DNA from: Basidiobolus meristosporus CBS 931.73
Taxonomy: Eukaryota; Fungi; Basidiobolomycota
Reading direction: 5' to 3'
DNA: 64,000 nt
Assembly (NCBI GenBank): GCA_002104905.1
Contig: MCFE01000254.1
Span: 49,552 to 113,551 of the forward strand
Shown here: positions 12,265 to 24,800 of the stretch, in pieces
Layout: every line of letters begins with the position of its first letter
Position numbering within the stretch: the first letter of the stretch is position 1
Made by a program: the position numbers and the translations under genes
The notes under the pieces: model-generated
Seen by the model: the letters and a program-made list of their open reading frames with translations, nothing else
Database searches by the model: none
What the model was told of the DNA's origin: nothing

Positions 12265-15200
12265 ATTGACTCTGGAGCTTCTCAACACTTTACACACCAA
12301 AAAGAACTTTTTACCCAATATCAAGAAATTCCAATTTATAAGGTTTTCATGGGTGACAATAGAACACTTGATGCAGTGGGAGAAGGAACTATCCAAGTAA
12401 ACCTTAGAAGCAGTGAAGGAAGCCATACACTGACCTTTAAAGAAGTACTCTATGTACCAGAAATAGCCAAGAACCTACTATCTGTAAGCAAGGCCACTGC
12501 AGAAGGACTCAGTTTCAGTTTTGACAATTCTGGATGCAGGATCACTGATCAAAATGGTGCCCATATTGCTTTGGGCATCAGAGATCAGAATCTATACAAG
12601 TTGACCTATATTCCATCATATCTGGAAGCCAATATAAGTAACTTAAATGAAGAAAAACCAATGCTTTGGCATAGGAGATTTGGACACATCAATTTTGATT
12701 ACTTGCGTAAAATGATCAAAGATCAGCTAATTTCTGGAGTGAAAATTGATCCCCCAGCTAATTTGGAGCACTGTGAAGCCTGCATATATGGGAAACAAGC
12801 CAGACAACCGTTCAAGAGCTCTGGGTTAATCAAAACTAAGAAAAAATTAGATCTAATTCACTCAGATCTGTGTGGACCTATGCAAAATTTATCCTTAGGC
12901 AGGATGAAGTATTTAATCACTTTTATTGATGATTATACAAGATACACATGGGTCTACTTCATGGAGAGAAAGGAAGAAGCTCTGTCTAAGTTCAGGGAGT
13001 TTAAAGCCATGGTGAAGAGAGAAACTGGTGAAAAAATCAAGAAAATACCCTCTGACAATGGTGGAGAATATACCTCAAAACTCTTCATCCACTTCTGCAA
13101 AATTCATGGGATAAAGCAAGAGACTACTGTACCATACTTCCCACAACAAAATGGAGTAGCAGAACAGGCTAACAGATCAATAATTGATATGGCAAGATCT
13201 ATGATCCTTGATCAAAAATTATCCTATGATTTTTGGGAGGAATCGGTTGCCACTGCTGTATATCTTAAAAATAGGAGTTATAACAGAATACTTTGTGATT
13301 CTACTCCACTTGAAGCATGGTATGGATACAGACCAAGTGCAGAACATCTAAGAATATTTGGGTGTACAGCATATGCCAAAAAACTGGCCAGAAATCAGTC
13401 AAAATTTGAGCCAAACAGTGTAAAATGCATATTTTTGGGCTACTGCAATGAGATAAGGCATACAGACTCTACAATTCCAAAGCAAAGAAGCTGATCAAGT
13501 CCAGGGATGTGTTGTTTGATGAAAATTCAAAATTTTCACAAAAAATAACATAAGATGATGATGAAAATTTGATCTCAAGTCCACCAATTGTCAGGATTGA
13601 ATCAGAGCAAAACAATGAAGATTTTTTCACTCCAGAGGACTCTACAACTGTGGTTCAGCCAGAATCAGTGCCCAGGAATATCCCAGAAGTGATTGTTCCA
13701 GTATCAAATGCCTGGAGATCCAATCAGACAAGAAATAGCCCAAACTACTAAATCAATGAGGGTACAAACTTAGCCTATGCCTATTCAGTCCATATTGATG
13801 AACTCCAGACTGTAAAAGAGGCCCTAAATAGCCCTCAGACAAAGTTTTGGAGATCTGCAATGACTGAGGAATATCAGGCCCTGATGGAAAATCAAACTTG
13901 GGACTTAGTCAAATTACCAATCAACCAAAAATCAATTGGATGCAGATGGGTCTTCAAGACAAAATACAAGGCTGATGGTACAGTTGAAAGATACAAAGCA
14001 AGACTTGTAGCCAAAGGATACTCTCAAACAAAAGGACTTGACTATACTGAGACCTTTGCACCGGTAGCCAAGTTTAATTCCATCAGATTAATATTGGCTA
14101 TTGCAGCCAAATATAAGTTTTTTATTCATCAAATGGATGTAAAAACTGCATTCTTGAATGGAGAACTTGATGAGGACATGTATATGGACCAGCCTGATGG
14201 GTTTGTTTACCAAGATAAACCCCATTTGGTCTGCAAGCTTAAAAAGTCACTATATGGTCTCAAACAATCACCAAGAGCCTGGAATTGCAAGATAGATTCT
14301 TATTTGGAATCTTTGAGTTTCAAAAGAAGTAATGCTGACTATAGTATATACTATAAGTCAGATAGAGCAAATCCAGTTCTATTAGCTCTATATGTGGATG
14401 ATCTTGTTATAGCTGCCAATAACCTAGAAACATTGGAAGAGGCTAAATCCAGCCTATCTAAGGAGTTCAAGATGTCCAATCTAGGAGAACTTAGTTACTA
14501 CTTAGGGATTAAGTTCTCCATAGACAGAAGTACCCAGACTATCACCCTAAGCCAATCCAAGTATATCCAAGATATGCTAAAGAAGTACCAAATGGAAGAC
14601 TGTAAACCAGCAGCTACCCCAATGGAGACAAACCTTAACTTGGTCAAAGCTCAACCAAATCAAGAGAGCTTGGTGCCATCTGAAAGCCCTGACTTTCCTT
14701 ATCAATCTATGGTTGGCAGTCTGATGTATATCATGCTTGGAACACGTCCAGATATCTCATATTCAGTGGGAGTTGTCAGCCAACATAATCAGAACTATGG
14801 ATCTGATCATATTGCAGCAGTTAAGCAGATTTTTAGATACCTAAAAGGAACTGCTGATATCTGCTTAAGATACACTTATAAGGATTCAGAACAGGATCTT
14901 GTGGGATACTCTGATGCTGATTGGGGATGAAATTTAGAAGACAGAAGATCTACCACAGGATACACCTTTCTTTACTGTAAAGGAGCAATTTCATGGAATT
15001 CAAGAAAGCAACCAACCATAGCACTTTCCACCACAGAGGCAGAGTATATGGCAGCCTGTGAAGCTACAAAAGAAGCAATGTGGTTAAGAAAACTTTTTAC
15101 AGATTTAGGCCTATGTCAAAAAACGCCTATTACTTTATTTCAAGATAATCAAGGATGTATACAATTAGGTAGAAATCCAACTTTTCATGCTAGAACCAAG

Positions 15201-15370
15201 CACATAGATATTAGACATCATTTCATATGTGAAGCTATAGAGAATAACTTAGTTAGCTTAGTTTACTATCCTTACAGATGAAATGATTGCAGACATATTT
15301 ACCAAACCATTAGCTAGAGACAAGTTTGAATATCTTAAGTCAAAATTAGGACTAGTCAGTATGAACATTC
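12265..15370 (+). pseudogene. Copia-2 pol (protease, integrase, RT, RNase H) with a few disabling lesions
   Basis: IDSGAS, HRRFGH...C-x2-C, IHSDLCGP, SDNGGEY, QQNGVAE, MDVKTAFLNG, LYVDD, YSDADW; frameshift near 13460; TGA at 14928-14930. Confidence 0.9.
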
Positions 15371-15383
15371 AGCTGAGTGGGAG

Positions 15384-15717
15384 TGTTGTAAAAGTTTGTA
15401 TTTCCACCTAAATATTCACCTAACTTAGTCACTTAGATCATTACCTTCAAATCCTAGAGAATACTGACCAAATTCCTTGTTGGGATTTACTTAGAATATT
15501 TACCCAGAACATGAAAATTAGATAAGTTGTCCAAACAGCTCCTAAACTTTGCACACATGTTCTTGGGACCTTCCTTAACCTATTCTACAGTGTTTGTAAT
15601 GCCAAGACCAGGTAAAAGTATAAATACTACTTTTACATTCAATAAATCATTAAGTGAAAACCACATAATCTACTTGTCCTCCCAATCACTTCCAATATCT
15701 CCAAGACTCTTACAGCA
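15384..15717 (+). repeat. Copia-2 3' LTR
   Basis: Follows the PPT; TGTTGTAAAAG...CTTACAGCA. Confidence 0.9.
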
Positions 15718-16948
15718 GGTACCTGGTACTTTGTTGAATACATTCTAAGTAAATCCCAACAAGAAATTTGGTCAGTATTCTCTAGGATTTGGAGGTAATG
15801 ATCTAAGTGGCTAAGTTAGGTGAGTATTTAGGAGGAATTACAAATTTTTACAACACTCCCACTCAGCTAAATGTTCATACTGACTAGTCCTAATTTTGAC
15901 CTAAGATATTTAAACTTGTCCCTAGCTAATGGTTTTGAAAAATATGTCTGCAATCATTTCATCTGAAGGACAGTAAGCTAAGCTAACTAAGTTATTCTCT
16001 ATAGCTTCATGTATGAAATGATGTCTAATATCTATGTGCTTGGTTCTAGCATGAAAAGTTGGATTTCTACCTAATTGTATACATCCTTGATTATCTTGAA
16101 ATAAAGTAATAGGCATTTTTGACATAAGCCTAAATTTGTAAAAAGCATTCTTAGCCACATTGCTTCTTTTGTAGCTTCACATGCTGACATATACTCTGCC
16201 TCTGTGATAGAAAGTGCTACGGTTGGCCTTTAACATTACAGCACATGCAGTTAAAGGCACATTGTTCTTTCTTCTGGTACTTTCAAGGCTATGTCTCCCA
16301 CATTTTTAGGAGGGCATTCTTCTTCTATGACAGTATCACAAAGGCCTCTTTCTTGTAGCTGTATCCTCATCTTCACCTTCCACACTTGGTAGTTAGATCC
16401 ATCCACCTTTTCAACAGAGGGAAAATTTGAGTAATAGCAGTAGTAGACATTGCAGAGTATGACAGCTTGTGGCTCATAAGCCTGTTGTAAGAGTCTTGGA
16501 GATATTGGAAGTGATTGGGAGGACAAGTAGATTATGTGGCTTTCACTTAATGATTTATTGGATGTAGATGTAGTATTTATACTTTTACATGGTCTTGGCA
16601 TAACAAACATATAGAATAGGTTTTGGAAGGTCTCAAGTGTTGTAATTATTATGTTGTCATCTAAATATTCATGCTAACTTAGTTACATAGAGCTTATTCT
16701 TTGATTAGCATTCTGTCCTGACAAAACTTCTTGTTGGGATTTACTTATAATATTCTCACCAGATTATCAGGTACTCAGATTATGATCTTTCTCAAAGTTG
16801 GACCACTTTGAGAATTTTCATGTTCTGGGTAAATATTCTAATTAAATCCTGACAAGGAATTTGGTCAGTATTCTCTAGGATTTGAAGGTAATGATCTAAG
16901 TTACTAAGTTAGGTGAATATTTAGGTGGAATTCCAAATTTTTACAACA
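15718..16948 (-). mobile_element. Internally deleted Copia derivative (LTR-PBS-gag 5' end fused to RNase H 3' end-PPT-LTR) with LTR fragments
   Basis: LTR end at 16483, PBS, gag start to about 16230, abrupt switch to RNase H, PPT 15856-15866, LTR start at 15855 continuing to 15718; inverted LTR piece from 16638. Confidence 0.75.
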
Positions 16949-17289
16949 TTTGTAATGTTTGCCATCAAATATATTGGAAATATTTGGGCTTGATTGATAC
17001 CAAGTGCAGCACTTTATAGCTTCACAATATTTTTGTACTGCATGGGGTTCTGTAGATAGGATGGTACTGGAATATATCCAGAATGTGAGCAATTTTTCCC
17101 CTATGGTGGTGGATTCACAACAAGGGGGACAACTTGCAATGGTGACATTTTCTGATGTGAATGCCATGCAACTTTTAACACATGCTGGTATCAGGACAGT
17201 CTTGGGCCATGTTGCAAGCTGCAAGATAGTTGCCCATATGCACCATGTACATGATAAGTTGCATCCTGGATTGATCTTGGCAAGAAGCT

Positions 17290-18130
17290 AGAGCAATTCC
17301 TCAAAGCCCCCATTACTGATATAAGTGGACACACACTACTTCTCTAGCCAATACATTACATCCACTCCCACTGATTCCATCCCATCAGCCTATTGGATAT
17401 TTCTGTGGAACAGATACTTAATTTTTTCCCCTAGAGACATCTTTGTAGTCAAGCATCTTATCTCAAATGCATTTTCTTTGCAGCTGAGCATGACAGATGG
17501 GGGCCATTTAAGACCTTGCAGATGTTCTTTGCTGCTTTATCTTGTGCTCAGTGAGGTTACAACTTGTCTTTCCTATTTAGGCAGGTGGACTTAAGGAGGC
17601 CTTGTTTTCATTTGTACATTTGATTTTTCTCACTTTAGGTGCACTGTTCCCCCACAACAGTATCCCAAACACCTCTTTCCTGTAGCATTATTTTCATTTT
17701 AACCTTACAAACTTAGTTGTTAGAGCCATCCAACTTTTGGGAAGTGGAAGATACTCTAGTAATAGCAGAGGGAGATATTCTAGTAATACCAGTGGTAGGC
17801 ATTCTAGAGAGTAAAAGCTTGGGGCACATGGCCTGTTGTAAGAATCCAGGTGATATTGAAGTGACATTGGCAAACATGCAGTCTTTATAGTTTTTGCTTG
17901 ATGATATATTGTATGTAGAAGTGGTATTTATACCTTTACATTGCCAGGTTGAGCAAGCATGTGAAGTATGCTTAGGAAGGCCCCAAAAGCATGTGCACTA
18001 AGTCTGGGGCTGTTTAGACAACTTTGAGACTTTGAATGTCCTGGGTGCATGACATTTGGTTAGAGTATTTTGCGCAAATGCATGTTTATAAATACAGAAT
18101 CTACAACAACCAAGACCATGGGGGAAAACG
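17290..18130 (-). mobile_element. Highly degenerate Copia gag and LTR remnants
   Basis: Eroded matches to the gag and LTR copies above. Confidence 0.55.
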
Positions 18131-18567
18131 CGCCTTTATGTTGAACTCACTCCAACTCACCTGGTACAACAGTTTCGCAAAATTCAGCTTGATACATGAA
18201 TAATCTCAATCCAATGAGCCAACCAAGAAACTATGCTTTCTTCTCCAATTCCTCATGGATCAATTTAGGTAACAAGAGAGCCAGCACCGTATCCTGTTGG
18301 GAATTCAATAGACCTTGGAAGCACACCCGAAGCACACCCGAAGCATACCCAGTAACTTATTGCTCTATACAGGACAGGGTTGCGATCCAATTATTCACGG
18401 ACCAGAAATGGAATTCAATCAGTCAATGGGGTTAACTTGAAAAGGTCATGGGAAACTGATTGGTGTAGCTGGTTTAAGGGACGACACATCTCCCCATCCA
18501 TGGTGCCACGAGCGAATCTTATCGCAACCACTATAAATGATGCCCTCCCATTCGAGACTACCGTAAT

Positions 18568-19278
18568 ATGACCCTGCCACCCGTTTTATCACTTATCTCC
18601 GAGCGTCATTGCACCCGGTCCTTTGATAGGAACAAGCCCGTGCCCACCACCATCCTGCAGGACATACTGAATGCTGCGAAGCAAGCGCCTTCCTCACAGA
18701 ACAGCCAACCGTGGTCAGTCACCGTGGTTCAGGGGGCGAAGCGAGACGAGCTTTCTTCGGTGTTGCTGGAGGTCTATGACCGACAAGAGGACGGGGTTCA
18801 CCGTAAACCCGACTACAAGAATCGACCCGACCAGCTCTCAGACCGGTTGAAGAAGGAGGTGGATGCCTACGGCAAGGCCCTCTACGAGACACACCTGGGA
18901 CTGGATAGAGGGGATTTGGCGACCAGACGTCTGGAGTATCGACCGAACTATCAGTTTTGGAACGCGCCCGTCCACATGATCCTGCACCTCCCTCCGGAGT
19001 CGGCGCAGGGCACTTTCCTGGATGCCGGCTGCTTCCTGCAAAACATCCTGCTGGGCTGTGCCGCCTACGGTCTGGAGGCCATCCCCCAATTCTCGGTCGC
19101 CGCATACTCCCCGGTAGTGAAGAAAACGCTGGGATTGGACCCGGAGAGGATCATCGTGTGTGGTATCAGCGTCGGGTGGCCAGGGAAGGCAGACCCGGGT
19201 AGCTCGTTGGTCATGAGCGCCGGGCCTTGGCATCCACGACGACTGGAATTGGAGGAATTCGTTGATTGGCAAGAGTAA
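18568..19278 (+). CDS. Nitroreductase family protein (FMN-dependent), intronless
   Basis: 236-aa ORF with R-H-C-T-R-S-F, APSSQNSQPW, NAPV, DAGCFLQNILL and ISVGWP motifs; TATAAA at about 18532. Confidence 0.9.
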   Translation: MTLPPVLSLISERHCTRSFDRNKPVPTTILQDILNAAKQAPSSQNSQPWSVTVVQGAKRDELSSVLLEVYDRQEDGVHRKPDYKNRPDQLSDRLKKEVDAYGKALYETHLGLDRGDLATRRLEYRPNYQFWNAPVHMILHLPPESAQGTFLDAGCFLQNILLGCAAYGLEAIPQFSVAAYSPVVKKTLGLDPERIIVCGISVGWPGKADPGSSLVMSAGPWHPRRLELEEFVDWQE

Positions 19279-19362
19279 CATTTGTAATTGGAGGATTCGT
19301 TGATTGGCAAGAGTAGCATTTCATGAATAAACGAGATTTATTAGCAAACAACAAGCGGCATT

Positions 19363-21613
19363 CTATTCGTAGGACGGTGGCTCGTGGGAATATCCCCTAG
19401 CAATGCCAGCCCGCCCCTCCTCCGCCTTCTCCACCTTGCTCTCGCCGAGGTCTTGCTGAAGCCCGCGGAACGAGCGAGTGCTCAGGTATTCGCCGGCAGC
19501 ACTGCCCAGAAGGGTGGAGATCTGGTTGTTTTGATCACGTAGCGTCAGGTCCTTCACGGCGTCGGTGATGCTGTCATTGTCGGCTACGGACCACAAGTCA
19601 ATCAATCCAACCTCAAACAAACAAATCAACCTCGAATGAACCTACCCTGCTTCCCGTATTTCCGGGATTGCTTGAATTGACCGGTCACCAGCGAAAAGTG
19701 TGGCTCGTCGTCGCTCTCACTGGCATCCTCCTGATCGAGTAAAATCGGTTAATACGCGGTAGCTCCAGTCGACCTGATGCCTGGTTCACTCACTGCTGCT
19801 GCTTCTCCTTCGTTAGCTTCATCTGAAGGGATGGTTAGAAGGATCTTCGGGGTCAGCCAACCGAGAGACACTCACCTCTGATTAGTTCTTGGAACTCAGT
19901 CACGTAATCTCCGGTCCACTCCTTAGTTCTAGGATGCCGGTTATTCCAGAGGGCCATGATGTCACCGGGGCAAAAACTTACTTGGACAGGGCGATCTCCA
20001 GCTCGAAAGGAGTGACCACAGGCCGGTAGAATTCCTGCAGATCGCCATGTGAGCAACGCCTCACAAACAGCACTCAGAACGGGTGTGGCCTACCTTTGAA
20101 TCGATCAGGGAATTTTCTGGACAGGCCACCAGGACGTAGATATCGATCTCCATGAAGTTGGCCATCTTCGCAACATTCAGCTTGCCCATCACGAAGACGT
20201 ACGGCTTCTTGCCGGCCTTTTGGATGAGGCTCTTGAGATGCTCGATCATACTCATGTATGATGCTAAAGAGAGCCAAGCGTTAGATGCACTCTGCTTTCT
20301 CTCGATACTCCACACCGATTCTCCTTACAAACGCCGAGAGTTCCAACCACAATCCCAACCACGTCGGCATCCTTGGCCTTTTGCACCAGGAAATATCTAC
20401 AGGATTGATCGATGAGCGAACGCTACAAGAGGGCATGGCAGACAGGTGGGAAGGACCTTTTCATGAGCGATCTATTTACCTGAGCGCTTTCTTTCCGGGT
20501 CTCTTTTGTTTCTGGTTGATAGCTGAATACCTGAAGAGCGGTTAGAGAAGATCACGTCGCTAGGCTTGCCGGGTGGGAAGGGACGTACGGTGCATTTGTT
20601 CTTCGTCATCAGGATGTTGGTCAATGTGAGGCTTTCGGTACCGATATAAAAGAGCGTGTAATCGTTGATATCTTTTCCTTCGGGGATGTTATAATTGCGA
20701 CCATTCTCCTCGGTTCCCCTGTCGCCACGGAAGGGTCAGTAAACGGGGGAGACTCAACTGGGTTGGTGTTGAAGGAACGTACTCGATCGATTCCAATCTA
20801 ACGGTGGAGACGGCCACGTTGTCGTAACCTCTCTCGCGTATCTTTGCTGCGAACTCATCTAAATCGTGGCAAGACTAAGTACAGCCCTCAGGTCACGACG
20901 TAGTGCCGAACCTTACCTATACAGTGAGCATAGATCACGTCATACACGACCCCAATCGGCTGGCTACGGTCTTGCTGAAAGAGCTCCTCAAATTTCTCCA
21001 CGCAATCCTCGGTGTCTATAGGATGTCTTCCGAACACATACAGAACAGGCATGCGAGCAGTTCTGAGGTTGAGGAGAGGATTAGACAAAGCGAGTAAGGG
21101 GCTAGATAAAACAGGCATGCTAACGGGCTGAGGCAAGAACGGCCATAGTGTATGATCAAGTCGGCTTCTGATGTGCTGGGCGGCAACCTCGTCTACACAA
21201 CAACTACCGTTTTCTCGATGAGACATTTTTTCACACGGTTTCTACCGAACCAAAACGGGACATACTTTCCGTAGGAAGTGTCGGCCAGGATGAAAATCTC
21301 CTGACCGGTGAGCTTTCGTAGGGTAGAGGCGACGTCGGCAGCGTCCGACAGCAGGTCGTCGGAAAACTGTAGCGCGACCTGACAAAGGGGGAGAACGATG
21401 AATTTCCACTCGTCCCGAACACTCCGATACTCTTTGGCTTACTCTGTGATATCCCCCCTCCAGTATAACCTTGACGCACCGCTGAACCTCATATACTTCC
21501 TGGAGCTCTTGTTGGCCAGAAACCAAGGATTTACTATGCACTTCTAGCGTACGCTCGATAACTGAGCTACCATCGTCAGCAAAGGTAGCTGGGCCTGATA
21601 AAGTAGTGGACAT
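19363..21613 (-). CDS. DPH2: Diphthamide biosynthesis protein 2 (multi-exon)
   Basis: [21 protein letters not shown]; [12 protein letters not shown]; [28 protein letters not shown]; C-terminal GRAGIARGY. Confidence 0.92.
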
Positions 21614-21820
21614 GAGGACCGAAAGGTAAACACAGCCTCGACTGAGCTACATCACTTGGTTATCTGGAGCAAGTGGTCGGAATTTTTTTTGGGTTTCTGT
21701 CTAAGCCGCCAGATCATTGGCTGCAGATTGGAAATCAAAAATGACTATTTCAGTTGACTTTAATATACAAGCCATCAAGGTTTGGCTCCAGTCTACATTT
21801 ATCAAGGGGAATAAAGGAGA

Positions 21821-21870
21821 GAGTGGGAGTGGGGGGAGTGGGGTGGGAGTGGGAGTGGGAGTGGGAGTGA
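21821..21870. repeat. (GGGAGT)n microsatellite
   Basis: About 8 imperfect units just past the TMF1 stop codon. Confidence 0.85.
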
Positions 21871-21894
21871 GAGTAGGAAGTTTAGGTGTGGGAA

Positions 21895-24800
21895 TCATTT
21901 GCGCATTAATCTTTCAATTTTGTTGACTAGCTCGGCGATTTGCACACGGTACATCTCCTTCATGTCGGAGATGTCGGATTTGAGTTCTTCCACCAACTCG
22001 GACTTTTCGGCTAGCTCGCGGCGCACTGAGGCGTACCTGAGATGGTGCGAGGTCAGACTGGGTAGTGGATTGAGGTTAGGGTTGGGGTGATAGAGGCAAA
22101 CCTTTCTTCCAGATCGTCATCGCCTCTGGCTGTCTTCGATGTGTCTAGGCTAAAAATGAGCAGCGGTTAGGCACGGGAGTAAGCAGATCTGGCGGATTGT
22201 ACTACATACGTTTCCTTGTGCTCCAGAGTCATCTGGACTAGCTCGTTGGAGATCTCATCTAAAAGAACATTACGAATTGAGTACAACTCCTTGAACACCC
22301 GCAAAGTGCAAACTCACCGCGGTCTTTGATTGTCAGCTGTAGTTGCGCCTGTAGGGAGGTGATCTGGCTCTCAAGGTTTTTGATCTGGGCTCGAAGGACC
22401 TCGTTCGACGAAGATGAGATCATCGGCGATAGAGGGAATGCTAAGCTATCGAAACTCATGCGAGTTGGGCTGAGTATATCACTATCGGGACCTCTCTGGA
22501 CAATTCATAACATGAGCATGCCGCTAACAAGTATGAACTGATTATCCGCTACCTTCTGGTCGTCGCTGGGCGAGCTTACGCTGTCAGTATCCTTGATCGA
22601 CTCGAGGGAGGCTTGAGTTAACTCTTCCTTCTGCCTAAGCAGCTGCTCCTATCGAAGTGAGCAAATCTTTGAATAAAACGCCACGTCAATCGGCTTACGC
22701 TCCAACACCCACCTCATAATCTTGCTTGATCCGCTCTATCTTTTCCTCATTGGCCTTCTGCACACCCTCGAGTTTGTCGGTTAGCTCTTGGATACGCAAA
22801 TGGGCTTTTGTGCTCTCGTCTTTCTCGGTCTAGATTGAGTCTCTATCAATAGAAGTCCCAAGATCTGTAACACGTCGGGCGGAAACCAACCTGCAGGTGT
22901 CCCTGTGCCTCGATAACCTGCTTTTCATAGGACTGCAGCCGAGCCTCAAGCTCTTGTTTGGATTGATTCTGGTGAACGATGTCAGATGCAAAGAAGCTCG
23001 GCTCCGGAAAATCAAAGTGTCCATACCAACTCCTCCACACGTCCATGATATTCCTTGAACTTGGCCTCGCTCGACTCGAATTGCTTCTTGGCCTCAGACA
23101 GCTCCTTGGTCAGCCTAGGAAACTAGTCAGCTCGTCTGCACAGCACAGTATTCGAGACGCCCTACGTACCTCTCCTCTATCTTCTCCCAGTGCTTTTGCG
23201 CAGTGCTGTGACGACCCTCAAGGGTTTCGATTTGCTTGAGCAATGGTTGAGTGCTGTTCATATAGCTTGCGTTGAGATCCTGGAAGCGTCGCTCAGATGA
23301 CTGAAGCCGCATTTGCAGAAGCTACTCAAGGATGGTTAGATCTTCGTCGGGGCCGTAGAGGCAACTAGCTTTCTACCGAAATCTCCTTGCGTAGCTCGTC
23401 CTCGTTGTCCCCTGCATCGTCGTTCAAGCTGGTGATTGTGTTTTGCAGCTCGGCGACCTATTGGAGTGGGGATCAGTCCATTTGTTCATAAATACCTTTG
23501 GATCGGCCATACCTCTTGCTTGTAATTCTCGACCGTCTGCTCGTACGTGGTTGTGGTTTCTTGCAAACGCTTCTGAAGCTCTTCGCGGATCTTATCCTTG
23601 AAGGCAGGGATGTTAGGTTCTGGCTTGCGCTTGCATCACGTAGAAAAAGCTAACCTCGTTTTCTTGGCTTTGTTTTTTGAGATCCGCCAAGGAGTCGCTG
23701 AGAGTTTTGCGGGACTTGTTAAGGTCATCCCAAGCTCTCTCTAACGCCACCTACAACCAAATGGTTACGCTTGTGTAACATGGACAACGCCGGCTTTGGC
23801 TTACCTGCAAATCAATCTGTGCCTCCTTGGATTCCTGTAGCTGAGATTCCAATTTGCTGATTTTGACATTTTGCTCGTCGTTCGATTTTCGGAGAGACTT
23901 GCAGGCATCTACAACAATAGCAATCGGTTAGAATTGGATTTGGGCACCGAACCCGACCGTCCCTAACCGTTCAACTTTCTCTCGCTTTCCGCGTATTTGG
24001 CGTTTCGGCTCTTAAGGGCAGCTATCTCCTTTTGTGAATCGCTGCACTGTCTCTTCAGCTCAGCAATGGTCTTTTCATTCTCAACTCCCTTCGCCCGTAG
24101 CTGCTTTACCATGTTGGTAAGCTTGAGCTCTTGCTTGGACGATCTCTCACCTATCCAAAACACCCAAATGGTCAGTAGATGCACTTCACCCTTTGTGCAC
24201 GGTTAGCGGTACCTTCAGCAAATAGTTGCGAAATCTTTTCGTCTTTTTGAGAAAGAGTCTGTTGCATCTCTTTTTGCAGGCTAGCCAACCTCTCTCGAGC
24301 TTGGTCACGTTCCTGATTTGAAACACGCTCAGCATCCCTGCCGGTACTTCCAGATATCAAGGACTAAATAAAAACCTTTGTAGCGTTCTCGAGGCGCTTT
24401 TCTAGAACGCCGTTTCCTGAGGAGCTTGCTTTGAGAGCATTCCGATTCTCCTCTTGTATACTCTTGATACGGTCACTAAGTTTAGCGATGGTTGCATTCA
24501 AAGTGGCATTCTCTTTAATTCTATTCGCCAACTCTTTCTCCTGCTGCTTTAATCTATCTTGGACCGATGGGTCAGGTTTGTGAATAGCAGCATCCTTCTT
24601 CTCTGCCTCTTCAGAGTGCTCTTCATCAGCCACCTTTGCCTCCCCAAGATTCTCCTATATAAACGGTTGGTATTGGTGAACTTCGAAGTACTCGTTGAAT
24701 TTCAGCGATATTTACTTGGTTACTGACGGTATCTGGTACTTCGGCAGGCGGATCTTCAGGCTCTTCACGTGCTACGTCGGACGCCGTTTCTTTGGAATCA

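Larger units (their letters stand above)
7835..15717 (+). mobile_element. Copia-2: complete Ty1/Copia element (about 4.67 kb without the nested insert) with 5-bp TSD GGTAC
   Basis: LTRs 7835-8182 and 15384-15717 (TG...CA); GGTAC at 7830-7834 and 15718-15722; gag about 8186-9052, PR-IN 12265-13494, RT 13860-14930, RNase H to about 15370, PPT GAGTGGGAG. Confidence 0.93.

Noticed and set aside
16949-17290. Possible second PHIS left-end remnant
   Set aside because: Only short patchy matches to 9240-9600; no TIR or TSD found by eye.
22070-22090. Interstitial telomere-like GGTTAGGGTTGGGG (also near 37195 and 56092) as old chromosome ends
   Set aside because: Single degenerate units in an intron, UTR or intergenic DNA with no rearrangement signature.
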